A DNA stretch of 64,000 bases, taken from the NCBI GenBank assembly GCA_951406725.2, contig OX597817.1:50344001-50408000 (forward strand), written 5' to 3'. The position numbers and the translations under genes are program-made. The notes under the pieces are model-generated. The model made no database searches and was not told where the DNA came from. It saw only the letters and a list, made by a program, of their open reading frames with translations. Shown in pieces: positions 37,100 through 50,286 of this stretch (positions are counted from its first letter, which is position 1; every line of letters starts with the position of its first letter). Source of the stretch: Octopus vulgaris. Taxonomy: Eukaryota.

Positions 37100-37580
37100 T
37101 AAAATATGGGCAAAAGAGAAAGACCTGTACTGCCAGCAATGTGGATTAACTCTTTGCATCATGAACCACATTTTGACCGGAATGCCCTGAGGCAATAGGA
37201 GAAATCTGATACAAGTGGAGATACGACAAGGTTCTTGCAAAAATTGCCAAGTGGACTGATCTGGAAAAGGTGGAAGATTATAAACACCAGCCAAATTCAA
37301 AAAGGGGTATCAAATTCCTGACGGAAGGAGACAAATCTTCCAAGGCGTAAATAATGGTAGTAACCCATTTTGTATTTTGCGTTCGGCCTTAGACTGGGAA
37401 AGGCAAGTGGACCTGAGGGGTAGACTTGTCTTCTTAGAAAAGATAGTGTTAACGTCACTCCGATCAGACGTTCTTACTCTCCTGGAATACACAAGCAATT
37501 ACCGTAGACGAAATCACAGTGCTCTGGGAGGAAAGATAAGGAAATCGAAATATCAGGACTTAGTCGACGCGGCTCTTGCC
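37100..37580 (+). mobile_element. RLE (HERO-like) LINE fragment: zinc finger and endonuclease
   Basis: CQQCG..HILTG..YKWRYDKVL and DWERQVDLRGRLVFLEKIVLTSLRSDVL (compare DW..DL..FP..T.LRPD). Confidence 0.7.
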
Positions 37581-38353
37581 AAGATGCCATTTCTCATTGG
37601 TTAGCGGTTCGACAAAAGAAGCCAATATAATAACTACCAGGCTTCATTCGTTTTTAAAAAATGATCTCAAGTACTGGGAGCGATTTGCTCAGCGAAAGCT
37701 AGTCAAGACGGTGCCCCAACCTGGCCACGGTCTAATGACGAGAGCAATTAAAATTTCAAATATAGAAGATATTAAGAGAATAATTGTAATATATTTATCA
37801 TTAAAATAATTAGGAATTACCGATGTAATTTGCGTCCACTTCCTATCAAGAATTATTATTTACAGTGTATAGAAAGCAGACTAGAGTTAATTGAAAACGA
37901 CAAACATTATAATTATCAACAATAATGTCAGTACTTACCAACTTACTTCTTGAACAACTTACTAAATTTTTCACTGTAAAATCATATATTGGTAGAAACA
38001 TCGTCATATTTTGTTTCCGTTGACCATCAAAACGTAATTCATATTTCCAATATATCTAATTTGAAATTCATGTATTCTTAAAACTTAGAGTCGACCAAAA
38101 CAAATATGCCATGGGGGCTTTTGTTAATTTTAGAAATAGCAAATTTCGAAAAACAATTCTGTGTTCAAGTGATAGGTACAGATAGGTAATTATGTATGTA
38201 TGTGTGTGTATGTATGTATATATGTATGTATGTATGTGTGTATGTTCATTCATTGAGTTTTATTAAATTTTTTTTGAAGGACGTTCACGTGTATATATGT
38301 ATTTATCTATGTTGGTAGGCGGGAAGATAGGGACGTACCTTCGTGCAGAAGTG

Positions 38354-38393
<40 letters not shown>

Positions 38394-38915
38394 GTGTCTA
38401 AAACAGTGAGTTGTCGAAAAACATATCAATGGAAACAACCTTTCACATTCAGTTAGTTTTTTCTCATACTTGATGAAGTCATTATGTATTTATGCATGGC
38501 CGCCACGAGCTATCCATGCGGGTATATATGTATGGACTCTTCAAGACGCACACACACACACGCACACATATGTATATATACACAACACTACACAACCTAT
38601 TTTTGAATACATTTGCTTATGTGAATTATATCACCGGTTATTTTTATGCTAATCTTAACTGCCCCCAGCTATCTACTGCCTTTTTTCTACTATAACATAT
38701 GCATATATATTTTAATTCATGTCTTACTATATTATCTATTTATAATAGAAGAGAGTGTGTACTCAGCTCTTGTGTTTCCATCGTAATTTGAAGTTCGCCT
38801 TGAGGAACGCACGGTAAACTTCGAAATATATTCTGGTGATAGAAAGCGTACAACACATTTGTATTGAACTACGATACAATTATACCTATAAACTATTTCT
38901 ACTTCTATTATACTA

Positions 38916-38976
<61 letters not shown>

Positions 38977-38988
38977 CTGAAGTTGTGT

Positions 38989-39026
<38 letters not shown>

Positions 39027-39407
39027 GCCTTCAACTAACACTATCTCCTCCGAGAACCTGCGGCGCAAGTTGACCAAAATTGAGAGTATGATAGAAGAAG
39101 GCTTGCTCTTCCTTCCGTAGATGAAAAAATTCAAATCGGACCATGTTAACACCAAAAATTATTTACATCAAAAAGGTGCTTTTTTTCTATGAAAATCCCT
39201 ATTTTTTTACGATTTTTTTACTGCTCTGTCGCCATTTTTCGGTGTATTTCAACCAGAAAAATGTTCACTTAAAGAGAATAACAAGCTACAAAATACAAAA
39301 TTTTTACTTTTCAAAAATTCCAATTCTAAACTTTGTGAACGCGATATCAAATTCTGCTGTTTTAAGCGCAAAAAACAAACCCGAGCAACGCCGGGCTATA
39401 CTTCTAG
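38916..39407 (+). mobile_element. Non-autonomous Helitron
   Basis: TC 5' end, CCCGAGCAACGCCGGG hairpin, CTAG|T; homologous to 20218-20612. Confidence 0.85.
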
Positions 39408-40020
39408 TATACGTATACGCGTGCACGCGTGTGTGTTTGTGGGTGTACATGGGTATGTATATATGTATGCATATATGTATGCATATATGTATGTATGAAT
39501 GTATTTATAACAGTATGAAGGAATGAAATCCGAACAGAAATGCAAAGCTTAATCGTGTGTATTTTTAGGAAGCACAATTGAGTATCGTTTTTGAAAAATA
39601 AAACCATTGGGTGTCTATGCCAAATTTTGACAAGTTAAGCGTAGTTCTAAGTTTCGTTATACTCTCGTTAAACCAAAATTATTTATTTTCCGCCGATAGA
39701 AAATAGTAAATATATTTGTAACTGTCTAAATTGTTTGCAAACTCAAACAGAGTTTGGTCTACCCATAAAGAAACATTACTACCTCAATACTATCTTGCTT
39801 TATTTCCACAACGAGATAAACAGCTCCCACAAGGAAACGCCATTTCAGTTTTCCGAATTGTCTCAGAGTATTGTTAGTTAAAACGAGTTTTATGCGCCAT
39901 TTAAAAAAAAAATGGTGTTGAGAAGCGATTGGTAAAATGGCAATATAAGATTTTTAATGTGGTTTTCGTACAAACCACAGATAATGTAACCGATTGAAAT
40001 AAGAGAAGCAACATTTTTGT

Positions 40021-40193
40021 TCGGTTCTATATTTAAGAGAAGAGGAATTATATACATTATTTACATTTGACGGATATTTCTCCTCATCTTGTTTGTTTTT
40101 TACACAACGTTTCGGCTGATATACCCCCACAGCCTTCATCAGGTGCCTTGGGGAAATTTCGAACCTAGGTATTTTTCGATGTTGTTGTTGTTG

Positions 40194-40245
<52 letters not shown>

Positions 40246-40324
40246 TGTTCAGGTCACTGCTTGGAATCGAACTCGGAATCTTGGGGTTCGTAGCTCGGGC
40301 TCTTAACCACTACGCCATATGCCC
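40021..40324 (-). mobile_element. tRNA-derived SINE with (AAT)n linker and 3' hammerhead module
   Basis: A box TGGCGTAGTGG (40307-17), B box GAGTTCGATTCC (40263-74), CTACGAA anticodon-like loop, (AAT)n, hammerhead at 40102-40146. Confidence 0.75.
40102..40146 (-). ncRNA. Minimal type I hammerhead ribozyme
   Basis: GCAC-CTGATGA-A-GGCTG-tgggggtatat-CAGCC-GAAAC-GTT-GTGT; stem III is the palindrome AACGTT. Confidence 0.8.
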
Positions 40325-40326
40325 GT

Positions 40327-40361
40327 GGCATATCTGTAGTGGTTAAGTAATAATAATAGTA

Positions 40362-40398
<37 letters not shown>

Positions 40399-40527
40399 CA
40401 TAGAAAAATACCTTAGGAAAAATACCCAGGTTCGCAATTTCCCCAAGGCACCTGATGAAGGCTGTGGGGGTATCAACAAGCAAGACGAGGACAAATATCC
40501 GTCAAATGTAAATAATGTAAATAATGA
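40327..40527 (+). mobile_element. Inverted, internally deleted partner copy of the hammerhead SINE
   Basis: Mirror of 40050-40324 lacking the B box and the CAGCC-GAAACGTT half. Confidence 0.75.
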
Positions 40528-40549
40528 ACATTTTTGTTGCTAACTATTC

Positions 40550-40586
<37 letters not shown>

Positions 40587-41020
40587 ACATATGTTACACG
40601 TGTTACTTATGATCCTTCATGTAATGAACGCTTAGGTCAGCAACTGTTCAATGTATTTGAGGTTCATTACTTTTCGTTTCTAAATTTGAGCGAGTAAGTA
40701 TATGTGTTGGTGTACAAGTATGTGTGCATTGTGAGGTTTCTTAACCCCACCACCACCACCACTAAAAGCGAAATAGCATTTGTGTGCAAAAATCCAAAGA
40801 AAACGAATTACGAGAATCATGTGATTTTGTCAGGAGTTATTAATTCAATACGAAACATAAATTTAATTTACTTAGATTCATTTTCCTTTTTATTTAAGCA
40901 TGACTACTCCTCGTTTTAAAGCGATTAAAACCAGTTACATGTTTCAAGTAGATTTCTTCTTTCCGTTTCATAATGTCATTTACTTGTGTGATGCCTCATA
41001 AAATTTTCAGATTTATATAT

Positions 41021-41162
41021 AGGCACAGTAGTGGCTGTGTGGGAAAAAGCTTGCTTCCCAACCATATGGTTCCGGGTTCAGTTCCACTACCTGACACCTT
41101 AAGCAAGTGTCTTCTACTATAGCCTCGGGCAGACGAAAGCCTTGTGAGTGGATTTGGTAGAC
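41021..41162 (+). mobile_element. SINE family 2 head
   Basis: Consensus head. Confidence 0.8.
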
Positions 41163-41619
41163 AAGTTAACCGCACACGGCTATGTTCTCACTATATAAAG
41201 CACTTTTGGTAATTGTTCCATAATTTTGTGGCATTTCCACAAATATAAATATGAAATTTACTGTTTCTTCTTTATAAAAACGAGAAATATGAGTATAGTC
41301 TTCGAATACGTATGAATATCTGAAGTTTATATTATATTGTATATTGATTTAATGTTTGAGGTTCACTAATTGTACATTCCTGTAAATTTCCGATAGCATT
41401 CTATTGTATTTCTCACCAGCAATTCTATTATTTTCTCCTAGTATTGGTTTCTGCCAGAGTTTGTAACCATGCCGGGGAACCGCCATTAGCGCTGATCCTT
41501 GTTTGTTTTAGACTCACTTGCCAGTCTTAATCCTGTCTCCGGAATCGGTCCTGATGAGGCAGTGAATTGAACAGAGGTGTCTTTATTTCCGTTTCTCTCC
41601 GTGATACAGCTTCATATAT

Positions 41620-41880
41620 TCAATAGAAATTCGGCAAAACGTTTTTTTAAACACATTCACATCCACAGCTCGTAAATCTCTGAGTCCCTTTGCCAAACTA
41701 TTGAAAAGCTGCGGGTATTTGAACCATAAACCGTTATAGTATAGAGATTTTACTCCGGACAGAGACGGCAGGGTCTGTGTTACTGTGCAGTGGCGTTCAG
41801 TCCAGTGAGTTGTGCAGCTTTCAATCCCAGAATTAGGCGCTATACTCTGCAGAATCTTCCATATATATATATATACCGCC
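41620..41880 (-). mobile_element. CR1/L2-group LINE 3' fragment
   Basis: IYIWKILQSIAPN..PQLFNSL..LRDL..FKK motifs. Confidence 0.65.
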
Positions 41881-41946
41881 AAATAAGTTAGGGGTTGTGG
41901 ATCCAACCCACTAAGGGATAATACCTATCCAATATACTGTTGGTAT

Positions 41947-42343
41947 ACTCTTTTACTCGTTTCAGTCATTTGACTGCGGCCATGCTGGAGCACCGCCTTT
42001 TTTTAGTCGAGCAAATCGACCCCGGGACTTATTCTTTGTAAGCACAGTACTTATTCTATCGGTCTCTTTTGCCGAACCGATAAGTTACGGGGACGTAAAC
42101 ACACCAGCATCTGTTGTCAAGCAATGCTAGGGGGACAAACACAAACACACATACATATATATATATACATACATATATACGACAGGCTTCTTTCAGTTTC
42201 CGTCTACCAAATCCACTCACAAAGCATTGGTCGGCCCGGGGCTATAGCAGAAGACACTCGCCCAAGATGTCACGCAGTGGGACTGAACCCGGAACCATGT
42301 GGTTGGTTAGCAAGCTACTTACCACACAGCCACTCCTGCGCCT
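41947..42343 (-). mobile_element. SINE family 2, full length
   Basis: Near-consensus head and tail. Confidence 0.9.
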
Positions 42344-42644
42344 ATAGTACCCAAATTATTAATACACAAGTGTTTTTAATTGGAATGCAATGAACTCACT
42401 TATTTTATTAAATAGGTGTAGGTAAAGAAATATTTTACCATTAATTTATAATACAAATAAGAAAATGGAGAAACATATTATTTGGTTTATCAGCTTTAGG
42501 ATATTAGAATGTTGTCTTATTTAACTAACAAAACTATAACCATAATAACATACATATATACAGTATAAAATTCAATACTTTAAAGACACGAATATAAATA
42601 TTTATTTAAAAAAACATTAATATAAATTGTTAGAATCATTAAAA

Positions 42645-42770
42645 TCACTTACAGCTGTTTCAGCCTATGGAAAAAAAGTAATTTTCTGTGCCTATACTTG
42701 TCAATTATATTGAGGTTGTAGGCAGTTAAAAATGGGGTATTTATGTATATAACCATAGGCATCGTCACAG
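42645..42770 (-). ncRNA. Degenerate hammerhead motif with long stem II insert
   Basis: GTGACGA-T-GCCTATGG..(long loop)..CCATAGGC-T-GAAAC-AGCT-GTA; stem III palindrome ACAGCTGT; C3 and stem I mutated. Confidence 0.55.
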
Positions 42771-42848
42771 ATTATGAAGTACTTTCTAAATATAAATATA
42801 TACATGGAAAAGGATATACGTACAATTTAATATATATAACTATATATC

Positions 42849-42963
<115 letters not shown>

Positions 42964-43129
42964 ATATGTACATACAGATACATATACATAAGCAAAATAT
43001 ATACAACTATACATGTACATAAATACATAAATAGGCACAAATAATCATACGTATAAGCATATAGACAATTATATAATGCCAAATTGATACTTGTTGTAGT
43101 TTTGTCTTTATAGTACCAGACCCGACACT

Positions 43130-43560
43130 TATTGATCAGATGTTGTATTTGTATAGTTGAGAAATCTTGTATATATTTGTGGACTTTAGACCATAGAGGT
43201 ATTTACACGAGGTTCAGATCAATCATTCTTAGGTGCATGTGTAAAGGGGCAAAGCATTTTATCTGGTCTAATTTTTCTTATAATCAAGTCGATGACACCA
43301 AAGTGTCTTTGCCCTAAAATACTGAGAAATTTTACGACATCCACCATTGCTAGTAACTCAGTAAACTCCTTCACTAAGTAATTATGAGGGACAGAAGCAA
43401 TCTCTGTATCCAACTTTACTCGAATGCAGGGTGCTTTTATGCAGCATGTCTCCGTACGAAAGGTCATGTCAAGGTAAATAACGCAGAATCTGGTGTTCTA
43501 TCAAAACATCTGTGTTCAGTCGAGTTTTAAGAATGCCTTCACCAAATATTTTATCGCGGA
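43130..43560 (-). pseudogene. Degenerate Penelope-like RT ORF fragment
   Basis: Minus strand TACCTCTATGGTCTAAAGTCCACAAA (~43183-43205) reads YLYGL(P)KVHK with one frameshift, the PLE LYGLPKIHK motif; possible ADK..CIV.LD remnant upstream. Confidence 0.45.
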
Positions 43561-45027
43561 GATTCTTTGATAAAGGAAGTCCTGCAATGTAGACTCACAT
43601 GTTGATTGTAATCGAGCCGTGTATTGCGCATTTTCTTTTCATTGTTTCAGACAAATTATAGAGTTTTAAAAAGTCCTAATTGCATAGGTCAGTTACATTT
43701 ATATATTGCGCTACTCGCTTACAATACAGCTTTCTGACACAATTCAGACTCCGTGAAATTATTAGATAATCAACCGTGCAATATTGGTCATCTCTCCGAT
43801 GTTGATAATTAATCAAACTCCGAAAAAAAACCCCAGTCTGGTGTGATTTTCAAGTGGGGGTTATTATACTTTTTGTCAGACACTAGTCCATCATTAACAT
43901 CTAATGAGCATGTAATTGAACGGGGATCTGTCTAAGAAATGTTACTGTGTGATGTAGCCATTACTGGATTAAACGGTACTGTGGTTTAATCATTATTTGA
44001 TCAACTGTGAAGAAACTAGTATTACAGCCATAGCTATCCAATTTGTTTTGGAGTTTATTGTAAGTGGGTCCGTATTATGACCGTTATTTTTAACTGTAAT
44101 GTATAATGTGGGAGAGATTCGACAACTAATTCTAGGAGGCCGGGCGACAGCGTAGATACTACCTCGTGGGACATGTCTGCACATTTCTCTGTAAAGTCTG
44201 TAGATTAGAGATTATATCAGATAAATAATAGGACTTGTGGAAAGATGGTAAAGAGGAATTGAGTTTTAATCATTCCATAATTAAAATATATATTCCTGAT
44301 AGAATATTCCGTGTTGTTAATTGGATTTCAGAATTGAAGAAAGTAACATAACAAAACAATATCAACGATAATATCATCCTTAGCAACAGATCATTGAATA
44401 AATGGAATTCGATTAAGACATCGAAAAGTGATGATAATGAACAATTATCGTTTTCCCCGATTCAGTTACAAAGTTGTTTGATTCCACGTTAATTATTTTA
44501 AAATTTAACTTATTCCTTCAGTGAAACATGAAGTGATAGCACTTTCCAGAAAGGTTTTGAATAAAATATAAACGTAATATACTTCGCATTACACTAAAAG
44601 GTTTTTCTTCGTTTGTGGAGTTTCAAAACCAAATATAAATCTAAATTTTAATGGTCTGGACCAGCAAACAATGGTTCATATCATGCTCTTGACGGAGCAG
44701 AAAGAAACGAGAAAAGAAAAATGGCTTCAGACATTGGCAGAAAGGCAGTAATTTCGGAAGCGGGGAGAAGTCGGGTAGATCGATCCAAGTGTTTGACTGG
44801 TACGTATTTTAAAAAGAAGATGACGATTCAAAGGAGAGATGACGTTAGTGTTTAAAGAAATTATTAGAAATTCTAAGCAGAAGGAAACGAATGAAAGCAT
44901 GTACAGGCTTGAGCATTCGTCTCACGAGATATAACATATTCTATAGAAAATTGATAGATATTAGTAATGTCTCACGGTAGAAAATCATTGGAAATATAAA
45001 CATGACATAATATCGCAAGACATAATA

Positions 45028-45148
45028 TCCCGAAAGGATGAAAGACAAAGTTGACCTGTGCAGAATTTGAACTAAGAACATAAAGACAGACGAAATGCCG
45101 ATAAGCATTTTGCCTGACGTCTAACCATTCTGCCAGCTCGTCGCCACC
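45028..45148 (-). mobile_element. SINE family 1 head and core
   Basis: Consensus match. Confidence 0.75.
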
Positions 45149-45154
45149 AAATTA

Positions 45155-45895
45155 TTGGGTTGGCAACTAAGTACCCGCCGTTTTTTTTTAGTTTTGGAAT
45201 TTATTGCGTTTTTAAATGTTGGAATCTATTTTTTTTTCCAGAATTCTATTTTTGAATCATTTAAGAATCTTTTTTTTTCTCGTTAATTTTAGTTAATTTT
45301 TGTTTATTTTCAGATCATTAAAATGGAATGTCAATTTAAGAAAAACGAGTATTTTCGACACCTCCGTATTACTTTTAATCAAGGTTCTAAGGCCACAAAA
45401 GCTGCTCGTGACATTTGTGCTGTGTACGGAGAGGTTACCATAGCTGAAAGAAACGCTCGTGATTGGCATGCTAAGTTCAAAAATGGAAATTTTGACCTCA
45501 AAGATGCACCTCGTTCTGACCGTCCAGTTGAGTTTGATGAAGAGCGATTAAGCCATTTTTTGCAATAGCACTATAGCACTGTGGAATGTTCCCACAGTGC
45601 TATAGAGAAGCATCTGATTTAGCACCAACTAATTTCCAACTCTTTCGATCTCTTTCAAATGCTATGCGCGGAGTTTCGTTCAATACTGATGCAGAATTGA
45701 GAGCTTGGTTGGATCAATTTTTCGAATCGAAATCAGCTGATTTCTACCAACGAGGTATACAAAATCTTTTTGAACGTTGCGAAGAAGTTGTAAACAACAA
45801 GGGTGACTACATTTTTGATTAATTAGTTGTTATTTTATTAAACCTTTAAACATTTTAAACTTTCAAAAGCGGTGGGAACTTAGATACCAACCCGA
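45155..45895 (+). mobile_element. Mariner (Mos1/SETMAR-like) internal-deletion derivative
   Basis: TA|TTGGGTTGGCAACTAAGT..ACTTAGATACCAACCCGA|TA; HTH ORF 45323-45568 (W..KFKNGNFDLKDAPRSDRP) and C-terminus DLAPTNFQLFRSL. Confidence 0.92.
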
Positions 45896-46365
45896 TATAT
45901 ATATATATATTAAGTTTAATTACCGTTACCTAATTTATTACACAGGGCTAACAGTTGAGCAGGCAAAGATTTTTGGTGAGTGTTCATAAAAAAAAGATCA
46001 GAAATACTGCACTAAACGAAGAAATGATTTCTTGTTGGCTTCAGCAACGAGTGAAGAAGATTAACCTTAGATTTCAGAGACCATCTCATGAACGTGATTG
46101 AAGTTCCTCATGAACAACTAATCTCAAGTAAACCCAACTAATCACAAGAACTAATATGATGGAACTGCATGCCTATGGACTAGTTTGTATAGTAATTCTA
46201 TGTACTCTGGAGTGGATTATATATATATTATAGGTGAGTATATACATGCATATGAATACAATTTTTGTATATTTATATATTCGCGTCTATGTAATTATAT
46301 GAGTGGCTGTGAATGTGTTAATAATTTTGTATATTTAGACATCTAGCTATGTATATACATGTAAC

Positions 46366-46550
46366 GAGAGTTATAGTTATTCCCGACGTTTACCGCGGGG
46401 GCTGAATTTCTTCACTTTGACATTAAGAGCACTAGGCAGACATCCCATCGCGTCTGTGCGGCTCAGCTGGCTATACGATGCTCTGATTTAATTAGACAGT
46501 CGGGTTCCCCCTGTCCGTATCAGTTCCGAGTCGACCGTTCGCCGCTGTCC
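46366..46550 (-). pseudogene. Diverged 28S rRNA fragment
   Basis: Minus strand CCGACTGTCTAATTAAA..GTGCTCTTAATGTCAAAGTGAAGAAATTCA..GGTAAACGTCGGGAATAACTATAACTCTC matches the conserved LSU core. Confidence 0.85.
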
Positions 46551-46642
46551 ATAGGCCTGCCATGCCCTGGGATGCGACGACTGACCCCACGTAAGGAGTA
46601 GACTCACCACACCACACCACACCACATCGTTGTTACAAACAG

Positions 46643-47710
46643 TTATAAATAGCTAGCTGGAGAGTAGCTGACAAAGGTTTTACTGAGTGATGCTAGGACA
46701 CCCTCAGCCTTCTTGACAATCTTAGAGTTGTGGTTTATCCAACGTAGGACCTTGTTTACAATGATACCTATATCACGTTCATTAGAAGACTTCTTGAGAT
46801 TTGTGTTGCTGAGAGAGTATGAAAAGGTTGGGTTTTTCTTCCCGAAGTCCATTGTGATGCACTTGTCCACAGCTAGCTTGAAGTGGCAGTCAAAAATCCA
46901 TTGATATGTTATGTCCAGGTCTGATTGCACGGAAGATCTATAGCGCATATATGTTTTTTGTTATCTCGAGATACAGCTTAATGTCATCTGCATATTTCAA
47001 TACTGTAACATTCCTCAAGTTGGAATCTATGTCATTGATATATGCAACAAACAATAGGGGTCCAAGAACGGATCCCTATGGTACATCAGAAGTTAACTTG
47101 TTGGGTGAAAAATGATGTCCTAGAAGCACAACCACCTCTTTCCGACCGAGAATGAAGTACTTCAGCCAGTTATAGAGATCATCTTTCACAGCCATTGCAG
47201 AAAGTTTTGCCATGAGTCGCTTGTGTGGCACAGAATTGAGGGCTTTAGCCATGAGCCGCCATCTGTAGTAATTCGAGTGATGTCCTCGAGAAACTCGATG
47301 CGTCTGCTACAGCAGCTGGAGTTAGGAATAAATCCAAATTGTGAAGGTCGAATAAAGCTATAAGAGACTGATTAGCAATGATCATAGCATGATCGGAGTC
47401 GCTTAGTGGTTCCTTCGTCGTAACACTGATAACAATTTCAGGAGTGGTGGTAAAGAGCAGGTCCAAAGTTTGTTATATCACGTGGGGGAGGAGACTACTT
47501 GGGATCAGTTTGCATCCAGCACTACATCAAAGAAATCATCTGCATTTTCTGGCCAACGAAAAATTTCCCAGTCAATTTCCGAGTAGTTGAAGTCACCAGC
47601 AACGAAAAAGTAAGTAGCTGTTTTCCAAGATGCGGTCCTGCGGATTTCAAAAAGGTATGTGCATTGATGGTAATTTGGCGGCCGATAGACAACTCCAAGT
47701 ATCAGTGTTG
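46643..47710 (-). mobile_element. CR1/L2/Jockey-group LINE ORF2 fragment (APE end plus RT)
   Basis: LDLLFT..PLSDSDH (APE); VPHKRL, GSVLGPLLFVAYIND, YADDIKLY, ERDIGIIV (RT). Confidence 0.88.
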
Positions 47711-47809
47711 ATACGTTTATGTGTAATTCGCAAAAGAGTGCCTCGTGTGATTTGTTCAGATCATCACAAGAAATTGGTGAAAAGTTTGACAGAAGTTAGA
47801 TCATTATTT

Positions 47810-48202
47810 TCTACTCTAGGCACAAGGCATGACATTTGCGGGGAGACGGCCAGTCGATGAGGTCGACCCCCGTACACAACTCATACTTTGTTTATCGACC
47901 CCGAAAGGATGAAAAGCAAAGTCGACCTCAGTGGAATTTGAACGCAGAACGTAAAGACAGACGAAATACCTACTTCTTTACTACCCACAAGGGGCTAAAC
48001 ATACAGAAGACAAACAAGGACAGACAAACGGATTAAGTCGATTATATCGACCCCAGTGCGTAACTGGTGCTTAATTCATCGACCCCGAAAGGATGAAAGG
48101 CAAAGTCAACCTCGGCGGAATTTGAACTCAGAACGTAACGGCAGACAAAATACGGCTACGCATTTCGCCCGACGTGCTAATGTTTCTGCCAGCTCGCCGC
48201 CA
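47810..48202 (-). mobile_element. SINE family 1 tandem dimer
   Basis: Two bodies joined at GAAGTAGGTATTTCGTC. Confidence 0.88.
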
Positions 48203-48329
48203 TGAAAGTAGATCATTTACACCTCTTCCACAAGAATTTGTACGGTCTTTTCGAAACAAGTTGTAACCAACTTTGTTAAAAACACCATCACAAAGTAAAG
48301 AGTGAGCCCATGATTATGTGACTGTGATG

Positions 48330-48760
48330 AGATCGGGGTCATTACTCAATTTCTACTCTCTCCAACGCCGCCGGGAGCGCTACATCATTTGTGTGATAAG
48401 GAAAATATTCCATCAATATTGCACAAATGATGTTGGTTTCAATTTTAAAATCCACCCAAGACTTGGCCCCCGTGCTATCAGCCCACTACAAAAATCGAAC
48501 TCAGTACACATAACAACATTACGTCACAATTACTTTACCTCAACCAATCCAGCTCTCTTTAATAGCATACCAAAATACGTCAAAACGGAAACGAATCCCA
48601 TAGAATTAAATATTTACTGGATATATTTCCTCAAAAAATCCCGGACCAACCTCCTACACCCGGATATGTCTCCAGCGATAATAACTGTTTGATAGAGTGG
48701 GCCATGGTGGACCATATATGACTAAAAGACTTCACCGAAACCTATCAAAGTTAGCAAAGT
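48330..48760 (+). mobile_element. CR1/L2-group LINE 3' end
   Basis: FYSLQRRRERYII..HPRLG..PALFNSIP motifs. Confidence 0.75.
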
Positions 48761-48819
48761 TATAAATATGAGTGACCATGTGTGGATTTAATGTATTCAA
48801 CACAAGTTTGGGGGAATTA

Positions 48820-49053
48820 AGGCGGCGAGCTGGCAGAACCGTTAGCACGCTGAGCGAAATGCCTAGTGGTACTTCGTCTGTCTTTACGTTCTGAGTTCAA
48901 ATTCTGCCGAGGTCGACTTTGCCTTTCATCCTTTCGGAGTCGATAAATGAAGTACCAGTTACGCACTGGGGTCGATGTAATTGACTTAATCCGTTTCTCT
49001 GTCCTTGTTTGTCCCCTCTGTGTGTAGCCCCTTGTGGACAGTAAAGAAATAGG
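48820..49053 (+). mobile_element. SINE family 1, full length
   Basis: Consensus head, core and tail. Confidence 0.9.
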
Positions 49054-49463
49054 TATGGGGGAATTAACCGTGCCTTGGAAAGAAGTCAAGACAAATTAAC
49101 AGCATAGCCACGAGTCCAGTTTTAAGGTTAAGTTTGAAATCTCTTTGAATGTACAACATTTACATAAGTTTCTTTTAATGAGTGTTCCGTAACCGTTACG
49201 GAGACGGAGAAAATTCTTCCAATAATTCGAAAATAATTATAGAATTGTAAATTTCAGAGGTTTTGAGATTGAAATAAAGAAACTTTCAGCTATTATGAGT
49301 TGTGATCTGTTTCTTCGGCTACGGACTGGCCAGAGTTATAAAAACATGCCCTGTCCCTTCGGCTACTTTCAAGCTTGTTAGAAGAATAATAAAATTGTTC
49401 TCTATAAATGATTAATGCTAAATCTTTTTTGCTTATTACAACTGAACATTAAAAAGAACACTA

Positions 49464-49504
<41 letters not shown>

Positions 49505-49525
<21 letters not shown>

Positions 49526-49730
49526 TTGTGTGTCTGTGTTTGTCTCCCCAACATCGCTTGACAAGCAATGCTGGTGTGTTTATGTCTCTGTAAATTAGCG
49601 GTTGGGCAAAAGAGAACGATAGAATAAGTACTAGGCTCACAAAGAATAAGTCCTGGGGTCGATTTGCTCGACCAAAAGGCGGTGCTCCAGCATGGCCACA
49701 GTCACATGACTGAAACAAGTAAAAGAATAA
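49505..49730 (+). mobile_element. SINE family 2, 3' half
   Basis: Consensus tail module. Confidence 0.8.
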
Positions 49731-50139
49731 AAAATTATATACATATATGAGTGTGTGTGTGTGTGTGCGTGTGTTTGCGCGCGCATGCGGGTATATATGT
49801 GTATGTATCTACGTATGCATGTATGTATACGACGCTATGCTACACATTGGGGCATAGGCAGTTAGTTAAAAATCAGACAGGTAGTGTAATAGTCTAAGGG
49901 AGACAAACAGAAATAACCATGTGAAATTAGGATTTAAGAGTATTGTCCCTTTAGTCATTAAACAGTCATCTTCGCTAAGACCCTACAGAACAGGAATGCG
50001 TTCCTGTTGGGTTGCGGACGGTAAGTGCGGGCGCGTGTGAGACAGAGTGAGAGACAGAGAGAGAGAGTGTGAGAGACAGAAATAGAAAGACAGACTAGAA
50101 GAGAGAGGAGGTAATTGTGATATTTACCAAAGTTCTTTA

Positions 50140-50286
50140 AGGCGGAGGAGTGGCTGTGCGGTAAGTAGCTTGCATACCAACCGAATGGTTCCGGGTTCAT
50201 TCCCACTGCGTGGCACCTTGGGCAAGTGTCTCATGCTGACCAAAGCCTTGTGAGTGGATCTGGTACACGGAAACAGAAAGAAGCCC
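50140..50286 (+). mobile_element. SINE family 2 head
   Basis: GGCGGAGGAGTGGCTGTGCGGTAAG..GAAAGAAGCCC. Confidence 0.8.

Noticed and set aside
40245-40324. Functional tRNA-Arg gene
   Set aside because: Acceptor and anticodon stems do not pair properly; it is a SINE head.
41551-41580. CTGATGA as a hammerhead half
   Set aside because: No stem II or GAAAC-NUH follows.
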